DNA of 62,804 nucleotides from Alphaproteobacteria bacterium (GCA_029863585.1 JAOTVC010000002.1:1-62804), one strand, 5' to 3'. Numbered from the stretch's first letter, positions 45,642 to 57,191 are shown. Numbers and translations: made by a program. Notes: generated by a model from the letters alone, not told the origin.

Positions 45642-46136
45642 ATGCTACAGGTCAAGGACAGGGTTGCGGCCCTGATCACGGGCCCCCTCGACGGGCTGGG
45701 ATATGAACTGGTGCGGGTGCAGCTTTCGGGCGGCGACCGGCCGGTGCTTCAGGTCATGGCCGAACGGTCCGACGGCGCGGCGATGACGGTGGAGGACTGC
45801 GCCGATATCTCGCGCAGCGTGTCCGCGCTGCTCGATGCCGAAGACCCGATCGCCGGGGCCTACACCCTGGAAGTGAGTTCCCCGGGGATCGACCGGCCGC
45901 TGACCCGGCCGCGGGATTTCGAGCGGTTCGCCGGGTTCGAGGCCCGGATCGAGACCCACGAGTCGATTTCAGGGCGGCGCCGGTTCAAGGGCCGGTTGCT
46001 GGGTCTTGAGGACGGCGTGGTCTCGTTGGCGGTCGATGCCGATACCGTGCGCCTGCCGATCGAAGCCATTGCCAAGGCCCGGCTGGTGCTGACCGATGAA
46101 TTGATTGCCGCGGCGCAAGAGGCGTCCGGCGCCTGA
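45642..46136 (+). CDS. rimP: ribosome maturation factor RimP
   Basis: …GLGYELVRVQL…, LEVSSPGIDRPL motif. Position upstream of nusA. Confidence 0.85.
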   Translation: MLQVKDRVAALITGPLDGLGYELVRVQLSGGDRPVLQVMAERSDGAAMTVEDCADISRSVSALLDAEDPIAGAYTLEVSSPGIDRPLTRPRDFERFAGFEARIETHESISGRRRFKGRLLGLEDGVVSLAVDADTVRLPIEAIAKARLVLTDELIAAAQEASGA

Positions 46137-46265
46137 CCGGTGCGCGGGCGGCGCTTTGCTGGTGCCGGTTGCTCCCCTCGATCGGGGGTCGCGTGTCCGA
46201 GACTTGCCAATGTGTATTTGCCGATCTAGTGGCCGATGCAGCGAATGTGATTGGGACGGAATAGA

Positions 46266-47948
46266 ATGAGCGAACAAACCACGGAAACCATGCCTCTCGC
46301 GGAAGAGACCACGGGTCTCGCCCGCCCCGAACTGATCCAGGTGGCCGATGCGGTGGCCCGGGAGAAGGCCATCGACCGGGAAGAGGTCCTGACCGCCATG
46401 GAGCAGGCGATCCAGAAGGCCGGCCGCTCGCGTTACGGTCAGGAGCACGATATCCGCGCCACCATCGACCGGTCGACCGGGGAGATCACCCTGGCGCGCT
46501 ACACCGAAGCGGTGGAGGAGGTCGAGGACGAGTTCACCCAGATTGCGATCGCCGAGGCCCGCAAGATCGATCCCGACATCCAGCCCGGCGGGTTCCTGAT
46601 CGACCGCTTGCCGCCCATCGATTTCGGCCGCATCGCGGCCCAGACGGCAAAACAGGTCATCGTGCAGAAGGTCCGCGAAGCCGAGCGCCAACGCCAGTAC
46701 GAGGAGTACAAGGATCGCGTCGGCGAGGTCGTCAACGGGCTCGTCAAACGGGTGGAGTTCGGCAACGTCACCGTGGATCTCGGCCGCGCCGAGGCGGTGC
46801 TGCGCCGGGACGAGGCCCTGCCGCGGGAAAACCTCAGGACGTCCGAGCGGGTGCGCGCCTATATTTATGACGTGCGCGAGGAAATGCGCGGGCCGCAAAT
46901 CTTCCTGTCCCGCACGCGGCCGGAATTCATGGCCAAGCTGTTCGCCCAGGAAGTGCCGGAAATCTACGACGGAATCATCGAGATCAAGGCCGTGGCCCGG
47001 GACCCGGGCAGCCGCGCCAAGATCGCGGTGCTGTCCAACGACTCCTCCATCGATCCCGTCGGCGCCTGCGTCGGCATGCGGGGCAGCCGCGTCCAGGCGG
47101 TGGTGGCCGAGTTGCAGGGCGAAAAGATCGACATCATCCAGTGGTCGCCGGACCCCGCCACCTTCGTGGTCAATGCCCTGGCGCCGGCGGAGGTGTCCAA
47201 GGTCGTGCTGGACGAGGACCAGAAACGAATCGAGGTGGTCGTCCCCGACGAGCAGCTTTCGCTCGCCATCGGCCGGCGCGGGCAGAACGTCCGGCTGGCC
47301 AGCCAGTTGTCGGGCTGGGACATCCGCATCTTTACCGAGGCCCAGGAATCCGAACGGCGCCAGGAATTCTTCCGCAACCGCTCTCAGATGTTCATCGATT
47401 CCCTGGATGTCGACGAGGTCATCGCCCATCTCCTGGTCACCGAAGGGTTCTCCTCCATCGAGGAGGTTGCCTATGTGCCGATCGAGGAGCTGACCAACAT
47501 CGAAGGGTTCGACGAGGACATCGCCCAGGAGCTTGCCAACCGCGCCGAAACCTACCTGCGGGAACAGGCCGAGAAGTTCGTCGAAACCCGCCGCGAATTG
47601 GGGATTGCCGACGACCTGGCCGAACTGCGTTCGTTGACCCCGGAGATGGTGGTGGCGCTGGCCAAGGCGGGGATCAAGACCCGCGACCAGTTGGCCGAGC
47701 TGGCAGGCTACGAGCTGTCCGGTTCGGAAGAAGAGGGCGAAACCGGCATGCTTCAGGAATTCGGCATCAGCGAAAGCGACGGCAACGCCATCATCATGGA
47801 GGCCCGGGCGCACTGGTACGAGGGCGAGGAAGAGGCCGCCGAGGGCGGCGAAGGCGAAGGCGGCGAAGAGGGTGCGGCCGAAGCCGGCACCGAGGCCGAG
47901 GCGCCCGCTGCCGACGCCGATAAAGACAAACCGGCGACGGAGGGCTGA
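46266..47948 (+). CDS. nusA: transcription termination/antitermination factor NusA
   Basis: S1/KH region (…VGACVGMRGSRVQAVVAELQGEKIDII…, LAIGRRGQNVRLASQL). Acidic C-terminal tail. ATG 46266 (an alternative ATG lies 24 nt downstream). Confidence 0.95.
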   Translation: MSEQTTETMPLAEETTGLARPELIQVADAVAREKAIDREEVLTAMEQAIQKAGRSRYGQEHDIRATIDRSTGEITLARYTEAVEEVEDEFTQIAIAEARKIDPDIQPGGFLIDRLPPIDFGRIAAQTAKQVIVQKVREAERQRQYEEYKDRVGEVVNGLVKRVEFGNVTVDLGRAEAVLRRDEALPRENLRTSERVRAYIYDVREEMRGPQIFLSRTRPEFMAKLFAQEVPEIYDGIIEIKAVARDPGSRAKIAVLSNDSSIDPVGACVGMRGSRVQAVVAELQGEKIDIIQWSPDPATFVVNALAPAEVSKVVLDEDQKRIEVVVPDEQLSLAIGRRGQNVRLASQLSGWDIRIFTEAQESERRQEFFRNRSQMFIDSLDVDEVIAHLLVTEGFSSIEEVAYVPIEELTNIEGFDEDIAQELANRAETYLREQAEKFVETRRELGIADDLAELRSLTPEMVVALAKAGIKTRDQLAELAGYELSGSEEEGETGMLQEFGISESDGNAIIMEARAHWYEGEEEAAEGGEGEGGEEGAAEAGTEAEAPAADADKDKPATEG

Positions 47949-47957
47949 GGCGTCGCG

Positions 47958-48614
47958 ATGACCGCACGGGCCAAGATCAAGGGCACCGCCCCCGCGGGCG
48001 CGGCTGGCGCCGGCGGCGATCGGACCTGCATCGTGACCGGCGCGCTGTTGCCCCGCGCCCGCATGATCCGTTTCGTGAAGGGGCCCGACGGCGCCATCGT
48101 ACCGGATTTGGATCATCGCCTTCCCGGGCGCGGCCTGTGGGTCGCCGCCAGCCCGGAGGCCTTGGATCAGGCCGCGATGGGCCGCCATTTCGCCCGCGCC
48201 CAGCGCGGTCCGGTCGCGGTGCCCGCCGATCTCCGCCGCCGGGTCGAAGCCGGGCTTGCGGCCCGGGCCCAGAGCCTGATCGGCCTCGCCCGCCGGGCCG
48301 GTGCTGCGGTGGCCGGGTTCGAAAAGACCCGCGCCGCGCTCAAGGGGGGCAGTGTGCGCCTCTTGATCACGGCGCGTGACGGTGCCGCCGACGGCCGCGC
48401 CAAATTGGCCGCCTTGGCGCCGGATTGTGTCCGGGCCGGAGGGCTGTCCGCCGCCGAACTGGGAACCGTCTTCGGCCGCGACCACGCGGTCCATGTGGCG
48501 GTGACCGATCCCGGGCTGGCAGAGCGGATCGGCGAGACCCTTGCGCGGCTCGACGGCGTGCGCGGCCCGGCCGGGGATCACGACGCGATTCCCGGGACGC
48601 CCAAGGTGGGCTAA
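47958..48614 (+). CDS. YlxR (DUF448)-type RNA-binding protein with L7Ae-like C-terminal part
   Basis: RTCIVTGALLPRARMIRFV…LPGRGLWV motif. Location between nusA and infB. Confidence 0.8.
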   Translation: MTARAKIKGTAPAGAAGAGGDRTCIVTGALLPRARMIRFVKGPDGAIVPDLDHRLPGRGLWVAASPEALDQAAMGRHFARAQRGPVAVPADLRRRVEAGLAARAQSLIGLARRAGAAVAGFEKTRAALKGGSVRLLITARDGAADGRAKLAALAPDCVRAGGLSAAELGTVFGRDHAVHVAVTDPGLAERIGETLARLDGVRGPAGDHDAIPGTPKVG

Positions 48615-48645
48615 AGTTAGATATGGAAGTGGATCAGGTTAAGGT

Positions 48646-51213
48646 ATGAGCGAAACGACCAAAGATACCGACGCGAAGAAGAAGCCCCTGTCGCTCTCTC
48701 GGCCCGGCAAGCTCGAGCTGAAGAAGACGGTGGAGCAGGGACAGATTCGCCAGAGCTTCTCCCACGGGCGCAGCAAGGCGGTCACCGTAGAGGTGCGCAA
48801 GAAGCGGACCTATGCACCCACCGAAAGCGGCGGCATGGCGGAGGTCAAGCCGGGCAGCGAGGCCCCGATCGGGGCCGAAGAGTCCGCCAAGGCCGAAAAG
48901 TTGACCAGCGGCGAGCTGGCGGTCCGCGCCCGGGTGCTGGAAGACGCCAAGAGGGACGAGGAGCGCCGCCGTCTCGAGGATGCGGAACGGGCCAAGCTCG
49001 AAGCCGAGGAAGCCAAGAAGCGCGCCGAGGAAGAGGCCGAGCAGGCCAGGCGCGAAGCCGAGGAAGCCAAGAAGCGCGCCGAGGAAGAGGCCGACGCGGG
49101 GACCAGCGCGCCGCCGTTGGTGCCGGTGCCCGAGGGTGAGCCCGAGGCCCCGGTCAAGACGGCCCGAAGCGCCAAGGGCAAGCCCGCCCCCGCCGAGCCC
49201 GAGGCCCTGGAAGGCGAGGACGAGGACGCCAAGAAGCGTGGTCCCGGCCGCCGTGGCGCGAAGGCGGAAAAGGGCCGCCCGTCCCTGACCCTGCGCAAGG
49301 AAGGCCCGGCCCGGCGCCGCGGCAAGCTGACCATCTCGAAGGCGCTGGACGACGAGGGCGGAGAGCGGGTGCGCTCGCTCGCCTCGGTGCGCCGCGCGCG
49401 CGAACGCGAACGCCGGGCCCAGGCGGCAATGCAGGGCATGGGCGAGACCTCCAAGGTCTACCGGGAGGTGGTGGTGCCGGAAACCATCACCGTCCAGGAA
49501 CTCGCCAACCGCATGGCCGAACGGGCGCCGGACGTGGTCAAGTCACTGATGAACATGGGTGTCATGGCGACCATCAATCAGACCCTGGACGCCGATACCG
49601 CCGAGCTGATCGTGTCCGAATTCGGCCATACGATCCGACGGGTCAGCGAATCCGACGTCGAGGTCGGGCTCAGCGGTGGCGATGACGCGCCGGAAAGCCT
49701 CAAGGCGCGCCCGCCGGTGGTGACCGTCATGGGCCATGTCGACCACGGCAAGACCTCGCTGCTCGACGCGCTCCGGGAAACCGACGTGGTGGCCAAGGAA
49801 TCCGGCGGCATCACCCAACATATCGGTGCTTATCAGGTGACCATGGAATCGGGCGAGAAGATCACCTTCCTCGACACCCCGGGCCATGAGGCGTTTACCC
49901 AGATGCGCGCTCGCGGCGCCAAGGTCACCGATATCGTGGTCCTTGTGGTGGCCGCCGATGACGGCATCATGCCCCAGACCATCGAGGCGATCCATCATGC
50001 CAAGGCGGCGGAAGTCCCGCTGATCGTGGCCATCAATAAGATCGATCTCCCCGGTGCCGAGCCCGAGCGCATCAAGACCGACCTTCTCCAGCACGACGTG
50101 GCGCTGGAAGGTTATGGCGGCGATGTGCTGTGGGTCGAGGTGTCGGCCAAGAACAAAACCAATCTCGATAAGCTCGAGGAAGCCATCCTGCTGCAGGCCG
50201 AAATTCTGGAGGTCAAGGCCAATCCCGACCGCCCGGCGCAGGGCGTGGTGGTCGAGGCCAAGGTCGAGCAGGGCCGCGGTTCCGTCGCCACGGTGCTGAT
50301 CGCCCGCGGGACGCTCCGGGTCGGCGACATCTTCGTGGCCGGCGCCGAATGGGGCCGGGTGCGGGCGCTGGTCGATGACCATGGCCAGAATATCGAAGAG
50401 GCCGGTCCCTCCATGCCGGTGGAGGTGCTGGGCCTCAACGGCACGCCGATCGCCGGCGACGAGTTCGCGGTCGTGGAAAGCGAAAACCGGGCCCGTCAGG
50501 TCACCGAATACCGCCAGCGCCAAAGCCGCAACGCGTCCCATGCCGCAGGCGCGCGGGGCACCGTGGAACAGATGTTGGCATCGATCGCCGCCGGCGAAAG
50601 CGCGGAATTCCCGCTGGTCATCAAGGCCGATGTCCAGGGTTCGGTGGAGGCCATCACCGGCGCCATCGAGAAGATCGGCACCGACGAGGTACAGGCGCGG
50701 ATCCTCCATGCGGCGGTCGGCGGCATCAACGAATCCGATGTCACCCTGGCCCGGGCGTCCGAGGCCCTGATTATTGGCTTCAACGTGCGCGCCAATCCCC
50801 AGGCCCGTGAAATGGCCCGGCGCGACAATGTCGAAATCCGCTACTATTCGATCATCTACGACGTCACCAACGACGTGAAGCAGGCGCTCTCGGGCATGCT
50901 CGAGCCCGCCATCAAGGAGACCCAGCTCGGCACCGCGGAGGTGCGAGAGGTCTTCAACATCTCCAAGGTCGGGCGCATCGCTGGCTGTCTGGTGACCGAC
51001 GGCGCGATCCGGCGGGAGTCCAAGGTGCGGCTGTTGCGCGACGACGTCGTGGTGTTCGAAGGCAACCTCCAGACACTCAAGCATTTCAAGGAAGACGCCC
51101 GCGAGGTGCGGGCCGGGTCCGAATGCGGCATCGCCATCGAGAACTACCAGGACATCCAGGTGGGCGACGTGATCGAGTGCTTCCAGGTCGAGGAAGTCGC
51201 CCGGACGCTGTAA
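48646..51213 (+). CDS. infB: translation initiation factor IF-2
   Basis: GTPase motifs [26 protein letters not shown]. 855 aa. Confidence 0.95.
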   Translation: MSETTKDTDAKKKPLSLSRPGKLELKKTVEQGQIRQSFSHGRSKAVTVEVRKKRTYAPTESGGMAEVKPGSEAPIGAEESAKAEKLTSGELAVRARVLEDAKRDEERRRLEDAERAKLEAEEAKKRAEEEAEQARREAEEAKKRAEEEADAGTSAPPLVPVPEGEPEAPVKTARSAKGKPAPAEPEALEGEDEDAKKRGPGRRGAKAEKGRPSLTLRKEGPARRRGKLTISKALDDEGGERVRSLASVRRARERERRAQAAMQGMGETSKVYREVVVPETITVQELANRMAERAPDVVKSLMNMGVMATINQTLDADTAELIVSEFGHTIRRVSESDVEVGLSGGDDAPESLKARPPVVTVMGHVDHGKTSLLDALRETDVVAKESGGITQHIGAYQVTMESGEKITFLDTPGHEAFTQMRARGAKVTDIVVLVVAADDGIMPQTIEAIHHAKAAEVPLIVAINKIDLPGAEPERIKTDLLQHDVALEGYGGDVLWVEVSAKNKTNLDKLEEAILLQAEILEVKANPDRPAQGVVVEAKVEQGRGSVATVLIARGTLRVGDIFVAGAEWGRVRALVDDHGQNIEEAGPSMPVEVLGLNGTPIAGDEFAVVESENRARQVTEYRQRQSRNASHAAGARGTVEQMLASIAAGESAEFPLVIKADVQGSVEAITGAIEKIGTDEVQARILHAAVGGINESDVTLARASEALIIGFNVRANPQAREMARRDNVEIRYYSIIYDVTNDVKQALSGMLEPAIKETQLGTAEVREVFNISKVGRIAGCLVTDGAIRRESKVRLLRDDVVVFEGNLQTLKHFKEDAREVRAGSECGIAIENYQDIQVGDVIECFQVEEVARTL

Positions 51214-51266
51214 GCGGGCGGCACGTCCTCCCCATCGAGCAATGGCCGGCAACAGGATCTATCGAA

Positions 51267-51692
51267 ATGCGGTCGCGCGCCCCTAGCCAGCGCCAACTCC
51301 GGATTGGCGAAGAGCTGCGCCACGAGGTGGCGCGCATCCTGGAGCACGCCCATTTCCGCGATCCCGATCTGGCGTCGGTGTCGATCACCGTCACCGAGGT
51401 CCGGGTGAGCCCGGATCTCAAGAACGCCACCGCCTTCGTCACGCCGCTCGGCGGCGGCGAAATGGGGCGCGTGGTGGCGGCGTTGAACCGGGCCCAAGGC
51501 TATTTCCGGGGCCAGCTGGGGCGCGGGCTGACGCTCAGATTCGTGCCGCGCATCACCTTCGCCGCCGACACCTCGTTCGAATATTCCTCGCGCATCGAAG
51601 AGGTGCTGCACCGGCCCGAGGTGGAGCGCGACCTGGAGGCCGAAGGCGGCCACGGAAATGACGGCGAGGGCGGTCCCGGCCATGGGGCGTAG
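51267..51692 (+). CDS. rbfA: ribosome-binding factor A
   Basis: SQRQLRIGEELRHEVARIL… and synteny after infB. ATG 51267 within track ORF 51123..51692. Confidence 0.85.
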   Translation: MRSRAPSQRQLRIGEELRHEVARILEHAHFRDPDLASVSITVTEVRVSPDLKNATAFVTPLGGGEMGRVVAALNRAQGYFRGQLGRGLTLRFVPRITFAADTSFEYSSRIEEVLHRPEVERDLEAEGGHGNDGEGGPGHGA

Positions 51693-52644
51693 GCGCAAGC
51701 CGCCCCCGGGCGCCCGGGCCATCGACGGCTGGCTCAACCTGGACAAGCCGCTGGGGCTTAGTTCGGCCGCCTGTGTCGCGCGTTTGCGCGGGGCGCTGCG
51801 GCCTCTCAGGATTGGGCACGGCGGCACCCTCGATCCGCTGGCGACCGGAGTTCTGCCGGTGGCGCTGGGCGAGGCCACGAAGACCGTTTCCTACCTGATG
51901 GGCGCGCGCAAGAGCTATCGTTTCACCGTCCGTTTCGGCGAACGCCGCGACACCGATGACGGCGAAGGCGAAATCGTCGAAACCAGCGCCGCGCGGCCCG
52001 CCGACACCGTTCTTGAGGGCCTTCTCGGGCGCTTTGTCGGCACCGTCGATCAGGTCCCGCCCGCCTATTCCGCCCTCAAGCAGGGAGGACGGCGCGCCTA
52101 TGAATGCGCCCGGGCGGGCGAGGCCGTGGAATTGAAGCCGCGCGCCGTTCGGGTCTATGGATTGCGGCTGGCCGCCAGGCCCGATGCGGATCACGCGGTG
52201 TTCGAGGTCGAGTGCGGCAAGGGGTTCTATGTCCGGGCGCTGGCCCGCGACCTGGCGGCGGCGGCGGGGACCGTCGGGCATGTCTCCGAACTGCGCCGCA
52301 CCCGGGTCGGCCCCTTCACCGAGACGGCGGCAAAACCGCTGGAAAATCTAGCCGCCTTGGGGCATAGTGCGCCCGTTTTAAAGGACCTTTATCCGGTTGA
52401 GACCGTGCTGGACGACATCCCGGCCCTGGCCGTGACCGGAGATCAGGCCGCCGCCATAAGGCAAGGGCGGTCCGTAAAGGTGCAATGCACTGGTGGCCCC
52501 GGGCCCCGGGAGGCCGGCGCGATTGCCGTATCCCTCAAACTGTCCGACGGAACCGTCGTGTGTGCGATGGAGGACGGCGCTCTGGTTGCGCTTGCCCGGT
52601 ATTACGGCGGAGAAATCCGGCCGGTGCGCGTACTGAACATTTGA
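51682..52644 (+). CDS. truB: tRNA pseudouridine(55) synthase
   Basis: GWLNLDKPLGLSS…GHGGTLDPLATGVLPVALGEATK (catalytic Asp context). ATG 51682 overlaps the rbfA end. Confidence 0.9.
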   Translation: MGRRRKPPPGARAIDGWLNLDKPLGLSSAACVARLRGALRPLRIGHGGTLDPLATGVLPVALGEATKTVSYLMGARKSYRFTVRFGERRDTDDGEGEIVETSAARPADTVLEGLLGRFVGTVDQVPPAYSALKQGGRRAYECARAGEAVELKPRAVRVYGLRLAARPDADHAVFEVECGKGFYVRALARDLAAAAGTVGHVSELRRTRVGPFTETAAKPLENLAALGHSAPVLKDLYPVETVLDDIPALAVTGDQAAAIRQGRSVKVQCTGGPGPREAGAIAVSLKLSDGTVVCAMEDGALVALARYYGGEIRPVRVLNI

Positions 52645-52659
52645 TCGAAGGAGTAGACG

Positions 52660-52929
52660 ATGTCGATTACGCCTGAAAAGAAACAGGAACTGGTGACGGA
52701 ATACGCCACCGGGTCCAATGACACCGGGTCGCCTGAGGTGCAGGTGGCTATCCTGTCCGAACGGATCGGAAACCTGACCGAGCATCTCAAGACCCATAGC
52801 CACGATTTCCACTCCCGGCGCGGCCTCATCATGATGGTGAGCAAGCGGCGCCGGTTGCTGGATTACCTGAAACGCAAGAACGAAGACCGATACCAGAAGC
52901 TGATCCAGCGCCTCGGATTGCGGCGCTGA
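52660..52929 (+). CDS. rpsO: 30S ribosomal protein S15
   Basis: 89 aa. …[35 protein letters not shown]…. Confidence 0.95.
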   Translation: MSITPEKKQELVTEYATGSNDTGSPEVQVAILSERIGNLTEHLKTHSHDFHSRRGLIMMVSKRRRLLDYLKRKNEDRYQKLIQRLGLRR

Positions 52930-53016
52930 TGATGTCCGGTCCGCATGGGGCGGGCCGAAACCCCGTTGGCGGCAGGGCCGCGCGGGGAGGTAGGTTGGAA
53001 GGAAGGAAGAGAACGC

Positions 53017-55152
53017 ATGTTTGATATCACTAGGAAGGAAATCGACTGGGGCGGACGCCGACTGATCTTGGAAAGCGGGCGCATGGCGCGCCAGGCCGAC
53101 GGGGCGGTGCTTGCCACCTATGGCGAAACCACGGTGCTGTGTACCGCGGTGGCGCAAAAGGAGCCCAAGCCGGGCATCGATTTCTTTCCGCTGACCGTGA
53201 ATTACCAGGAAAAGAGCTTCGCCGCCGGCAAGATCCCCGGCGGCTTCTTCAAGCGCGAAGGCCGCCCCAGTGAGAAGGAAACGCTGACCTCGCGCCTCAT
53301 CGACCGGCCCATCCGGCCGCTGTTTCATCCCAATTTCCGCAACGAAACCCAGGTCATCTGCACGGTCCTGTGCCACGACCTGGAAAACGATCCCGACATC
53401 GTCGCCCTGGTCGGTGCGTCGGCGGCACTGACGCTCTCGGGGGTGCCGTTCCTCGGCCCGATCGGCGCCGCCCGGGTCGGCTATGTCGATGGCGAATACC
53501 TGCTCAACCCCCAGGTCGACGAAATGACCACCTCCCAGCTCGACCTGGTCGTTGCCGGCACCCAGGAAGGGGTGCTGATGGTGGAATCCGAAGCCCATGA
53601 GCTGTCGGAAGAGGTCATGCTGGGCGCCGTGATGTTCGGCCATCGGGAATTCCAGCCGGTGATCGATGCCATCATCGAGATGGCCGAGACCGCGGCGAAG
53701 GAGCCCTGGTCGGTGGCCGAGCCGCCGCCCGAACACGCCGTCGTCGCCGCCCGGGTCAAGGACCTGGCGGAGGGCGGCCTGCGCGACGCCTATGCGAATC
53801 CCGACAAGACGGTACGCCATGGCGCCATCGAGGCCGTCAAGTCGGAGACCGTGAGCGCCCTGGTAGAAGACGAGGACGCGACCGGCGACGTCATCGGCGC
53901 GGCCTTCAAGAAGTTGGAAAAGAATATCGTGCGGACCGCCATCCTGGATCAAAAGCCGCGCATCGATGGCCGCGACACCAAGACGGTGCGGCCGATCTCC
54001 TGCGAGGTCGGCGTCCTGCCTCGGGCCCACGGTTCTGCGCTGTTCACCCGGGGCGAGACCCAGGTTCTGGCCGTCGCCACCCTGGGCACCGGCCAGGACG
54101 AGCAGATCATCGATGCGCTCGACGGCGATTACCGGGAGCATTTCCTGCTGCATTACAACTTCCCGCCCTATTCGGTGGGCGAGGCGAGCTTCCTGCGTTC
54201 GCCGGGACGCCGGGAAATCGGTCACGGCAAGCTTGCCTGGCGGGCCGTCCATCCCCTGCTGCCCAGCAAGGACGATTTTCCCTATACCATCCGCGTCGTG
54301 TCGGAGGTGACGGAATCCAACGGCTCGTCGTCGATGGCGACGGTCTGCGGCTCGTCTCTCTCGCTGATGGACGCCGGCGTTCCCCTGTCCAAGCCGGTGG
54401 CGGGAATCGCCATGGGGCTGATCAAGGAGGACGACCGGTTCGCGGTCCTGTCCGATATCCTCGGCGACGAAGATCATCTCGGCGACATGGACTTCAAGGT
54501 CGCCGGCACCGCCGAGGGCGTCACCAGCCTGCAGATGGATATCAAGATCACCTCGATCACCGAGGAGATCATGGAGATCGCCCTGGGCCAGGCCCGGGAC
54601 GGACGCCTGCATATCCTGGGCGAGATGGAGAAGGCCCTTTCCGGCGCGCGGGAGGAGGTTTCCGACAACGCCCCGCGGATCACCGCCTTCTCGGTTCCCA
54701 AGGACAAGATCCGCGATGTCATCGGGACCGGCGGCAAGGTCATCCGCGAGATTTGCGAGACCACCGGCGCCAAGATCGATATCGAGGACGACGGCACCAT
54801 CAAGGTGGCGGCGGTCGACGGCGAAGCCGCCCAGCGTGCCATCGATTGGATCAAGTCCATCGTCGCCGAGCCGGAGGTCGGGGTCATCTACACCGGCAAG
54901 GTGGTCAAGGTGGTGGATTTCGGGGCCTTCGTGAACTTCCTCGGCAACCGGGACGGCCTGGTGCATATCAGCGAGCTGGCCGAAGGCCGGACCGCCAAGG
55001 TCACCGATGTCGTCAACGAAGGCGATGAAGTGAAGGTCAAGGTCCTCGGGATCGACGACCGCGGCAAGGTCAGGTTATCCATGCGCGTGGTCAATCAGGA
55101 GACCGGCGAAGACCAGTCGAAGGAAGCGGCCGATTCGCCGGCCGCGGAATAG
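53017..55152 (+). CDS. pnp: polyribonucleotide nucleotidyltransferase (PNPase)
   Basis: [14 protein letters not shown]…, two RNase PH domains, KH (…GGKVIREI…) and S1 (…[13 protein letters not shown]…) domains. SD-rich GGAAGGAAGGAAGAG upstream. Confidence 0.95.
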   Translation: MFDITRKEIDWGGRRLILESGRMARQADGAVLATYGETTVLCTAVAQKEPKPGIDFFPLTVNYQEKSFAAGKIPGGFFKREGRPSEKETLTSRLIDRPIRPLFHPNFRNETQVICTVLCHDLENDPDIVALVGASAALTLSGVPFLGPIGAARVGYVDGEYLLNPQVDEMTTSQLDLVVAGTQEGVLMVESEAHELSEEVMLGAVMFGHREFQPVIDAIIEMAETAAKEPWSVAEPPPEHAVVAARVKDLAEGGLRDAYANPDKTVRHGAIEAVKSETVSALVEDEDATGDVIGAAFKKLEKNIVRTAILDQKPRIDGRDTKTVRPISCEVGVLPRAHGSALFTRGETQVLAVATLGTGQDEQIIDALDGDYREHFLLHYNFPPYSVGEASFLRSPGRREIGHGKLAWRAVHPLLPSKDDFPYTIRVVSEVTESNGSSSMATVCGSSLSLMDAGVPLSKPVAGIAMGLIKEDDRFAVLSDILGDEDHLGDMDFKVAGTAEGVTSLQMDIKITSITEEIMEIALGQARDGRLHILGEMEKALSGAREEVSDNAPRITAFSVPKDKIRDVIGTGGKVIREICETTGAKIDIEDDGTIKVAAVDGEAAQRAIDWIKSIVAEPEVGVIYTGKVVKVVDFGAFVNFLGNRDGLVHISELAEGRTAKVTDVVNEGDEVKVKVLGIDDRGKVRLSMRVVNQETGEDQSKEAADSPAAE

Positions 55153-55160
55153 TCCGAGGC

Positions 55161-55189
55161 GGCCCCGGCCGCCGTCGCGGGCCGGGGCC
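55161..55189 (+). terminator. GC-rich stem-loop just after pnp (no U-tract; terminator or RNA-stability element)
   Basis: GGCCCCGGCC-9 nt-GGCCGGGGCC, a perfect 10-bp stem. The downstream sequence is AAGGGGAGG, not T-rich. Confidence 0.3.
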
Positions 55190-55204
55190 AAGGGGAGGCG
55201 ATAG

Positions 55205-56602
55205 ATGAAGCCGCTCAAGTCCCTTGTCATTTCAGGCCGAGAGGTGCTGCCCCTTGTCGAAGGCGGCAAGGGCATCGCCATCTCCAACGGGGAAAGCTCG
55301 GGTGCCTGGGCGGCCACCGGCGGGGTCGGCACGTTCTCCGGCGTCAACGCCGATTCGTTCGACGAGAACGGCGATCTGATCCCCGTCGTATACAGCGGGC
55401 GGACCCGGCGCGAGCGCCATGAGGAGCTCGTCGCTTACGCCATTCAGGGTGGCATCACCCAGGCCCAGGTGGCCCATGAACTGAGCGGCGGACAGGGCCG
55501 CATCCACATGAACATCCTGTGGGAAATGGGTGGCTCCGAACGCGTCCTCAAGGGTGTTCTCGAAGGGGCCAGGGGCCTGATCCACGGCGTCACCTGCGGC
55601 GCCGGCATGCCCTACCGCATGGCCGAGATCTGTACCAAGTTCGGCGTCTATTATTATCCCATCGTGTCCTCGGCCCGGGCCTTCCGGGCGCTCTGGAAGC
55701 GGGCCTATCACAAGTTTGCCGATTGGCTCGGCGGCGTCGTCTACGAAGACCCGTGGCGGGCCGGCGGCCATAACGGGCTGTCCAATGTCGAAGACCCCCA
55801 TTGTCCCGAAGCGCCCATGCTCCGGGTTGCCGAGTTGCGCAAGATGATGACCGAGTACGGCCTCGATGAGACGCCGATCTTCATGGCGGGAGGTGTCTGG
55901 TACCTGCGCGAATGGGACGACTGGATCGATAATCCCGAACTCGGTCCCATCGCCTTCCAGTTCGGGACCCGGCCGCTGCTCACCAAGGAAAGCCCCATTT
56001 CCGATGAGTGGAAGGCAAAGCTGCTGGACCTGAAGGAGGGCGATGTCTACCTCAACAAGTTCAGCCCCACCGGGTTCTATTCCTCCGCCGTCGACAACCC
56101 CTTCCTGGAAGAGTTGAGGCAGCGGTCCGAGCATCAGGTGGCCTATTCCACCCAGCCGGTGGGCGAGCATGGCACGCCGTTCCCGGTCGGCGCCCGGGGG
56201 CGCAAGGTCTATCTCACGGCGACGGACAAGGTACGCGCCGAATCCTGGCTCGCGGAGGGATTCACCGAATCGCTGCGGACCCCGGACTCGACCCTGATCT
56301 TCGTTACCCCGGAACGGGCGCAGCAGATCCGCCGCGACCAGATCGAATGCATGGGCTGCCTGTCGGCCTGCCATTTCTCCAATTGGGCCCAGAACGAGGC
56401 CGGGACCACCGGCCGCAAGGCCGATCCCCGTTCCTTCTGTATCCAGAAAACGCTGCAGGCCATCAGCCATGGCGGTTCGGTGGACCAGCAGCTGATGTTT
56501 GCCGGCCACAACGCTTACCGGTTCAAAGACGATCCCTTCTACGCCAATCGTTTCATCCCGTCGGTCCGCGAATTGATCGACCGGCTCAAGACCGGCGACT
56601 GA
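55205..56602 (+). CDS. nitronate monooxygenase/FabK-like (NMO family) flavoprotein with long C-terminal extension
   Basis: …LPLVEGGKGIAIS…, VTCGAGMP…, PIVSSARA…, MAGGVW… resemble the PF03060-type FMN TIM barrel. 465 aa. Confidence 0.65.
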   Translation: MKPLKSLVISGREVLPLVEGGKGIAISNGESSGAWAATGGVGTFSGVNADSFDENGDLIPVVYSGRTRRERHEELVAYAIQGGITQAQVAHELSGGQGRIHMNILWEMGGSERVLKGVLEGARGLIHGVTCGAGMPYRMAEICTKFGVYYYPIVSSARAFRALWKRAYHKFADWLGGVVYEDPWRAGGHNGLSNVEDPHCPEAPMLRVAELRKMMTEYGLDETPIFMAGGVWYLREWDDWIDNPELGPIAFQFGTRPLLTKESPISDEWKAKLLDLKEGDVYLNKFSPTGFYSSAVDNPFLEELRQRSEHQVAYSTQPVGEHGTPFPVGARGRKVYLTATDKVRAESWLAEGFTESLRTPDSTLIFVTPERAQQIRRDQIECMGCLSACHFSNWAQNEAGTTGRKADPRSFCIQKTLQAISHGGSVDQQLMFAGHNAYRFKDDPFYANRFIPSVRELIDRLKTGD

Positions 56603-56743
56603 AACACCCTGAAACCGGGCCGCGGCGCCAGTTTGTATTTTTTCCAAAAAGTCCTATATAGTATTAATCGAGTTGATTTAACTTGCCGGATATCTGCCCG
56701 TTTCTGAGGGCGCGGACGACGGTCGGTTAGGGCGGTTTGAGGA

Positions 56744-57157
56744 ATGGTTGAGCGACCTTACAAGGAAGTTGTGGATACCCTGAAGCGCTGCGGGCTGCGT
56801 CCGACGCGTCAGCGCATGGCGCTTGCCAAGCTGCTGCGCGATGCCGGTGATTGTCATCTGACCGCCGAGGAGCTGCACGCCCGCGCCGCCGCAGCCGGCC
56901 ACCGGATATCGCTTGCCACCGTATACAACGCGCTGCACCAGTTCACCGAAGCGGGGCTGGTGCGCGAGATCGTCGTCGATTCGGGATGCTCCTATTTCGA
57001 TACCAACGTGTCCGACCACCACCATTTCTTCTTTGAAGACCGGCGTGAGTTGAAGGATATCGATCACGGCGATGTCGTGATTTCGTCCGTTCCGGAGCCC
57101 CCCGAGGGCGCCTGCGTGGAACGCGTGGACGTCGTCATCCGGGTGCGATCGCTCTAA
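56744..57157 (+). CDS. irr: iron response regulator Irr (Fur family)
   Basis: GLRPTRQRMALAKLL…HLTAEEL…ISLATVYNALHQFTEAGLVREI…YFDTNVSDHHHFFFE…VPEPPEG…RVDVVIRVR matches the Bradyrhizobium/Rhizobium Irr pattern, including the HHH motif. Confidence 0.85.
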   Translation: MVERPYKEVVDTLKRCGLRPTRQRMALAKLLRDAGDCHLTAEELHARAAAAGHRISLATVYNALHQFTEAGLVREIVVDSGCSYFDTNVSDHHHFFFEDRRELKDIDHGDVVISSVPEPPEGACVERVDVVIRVRSL

Positions 57158-57191
57158 TAATCATTATCAGTATCAGAGTTGTAAAAAGTGG

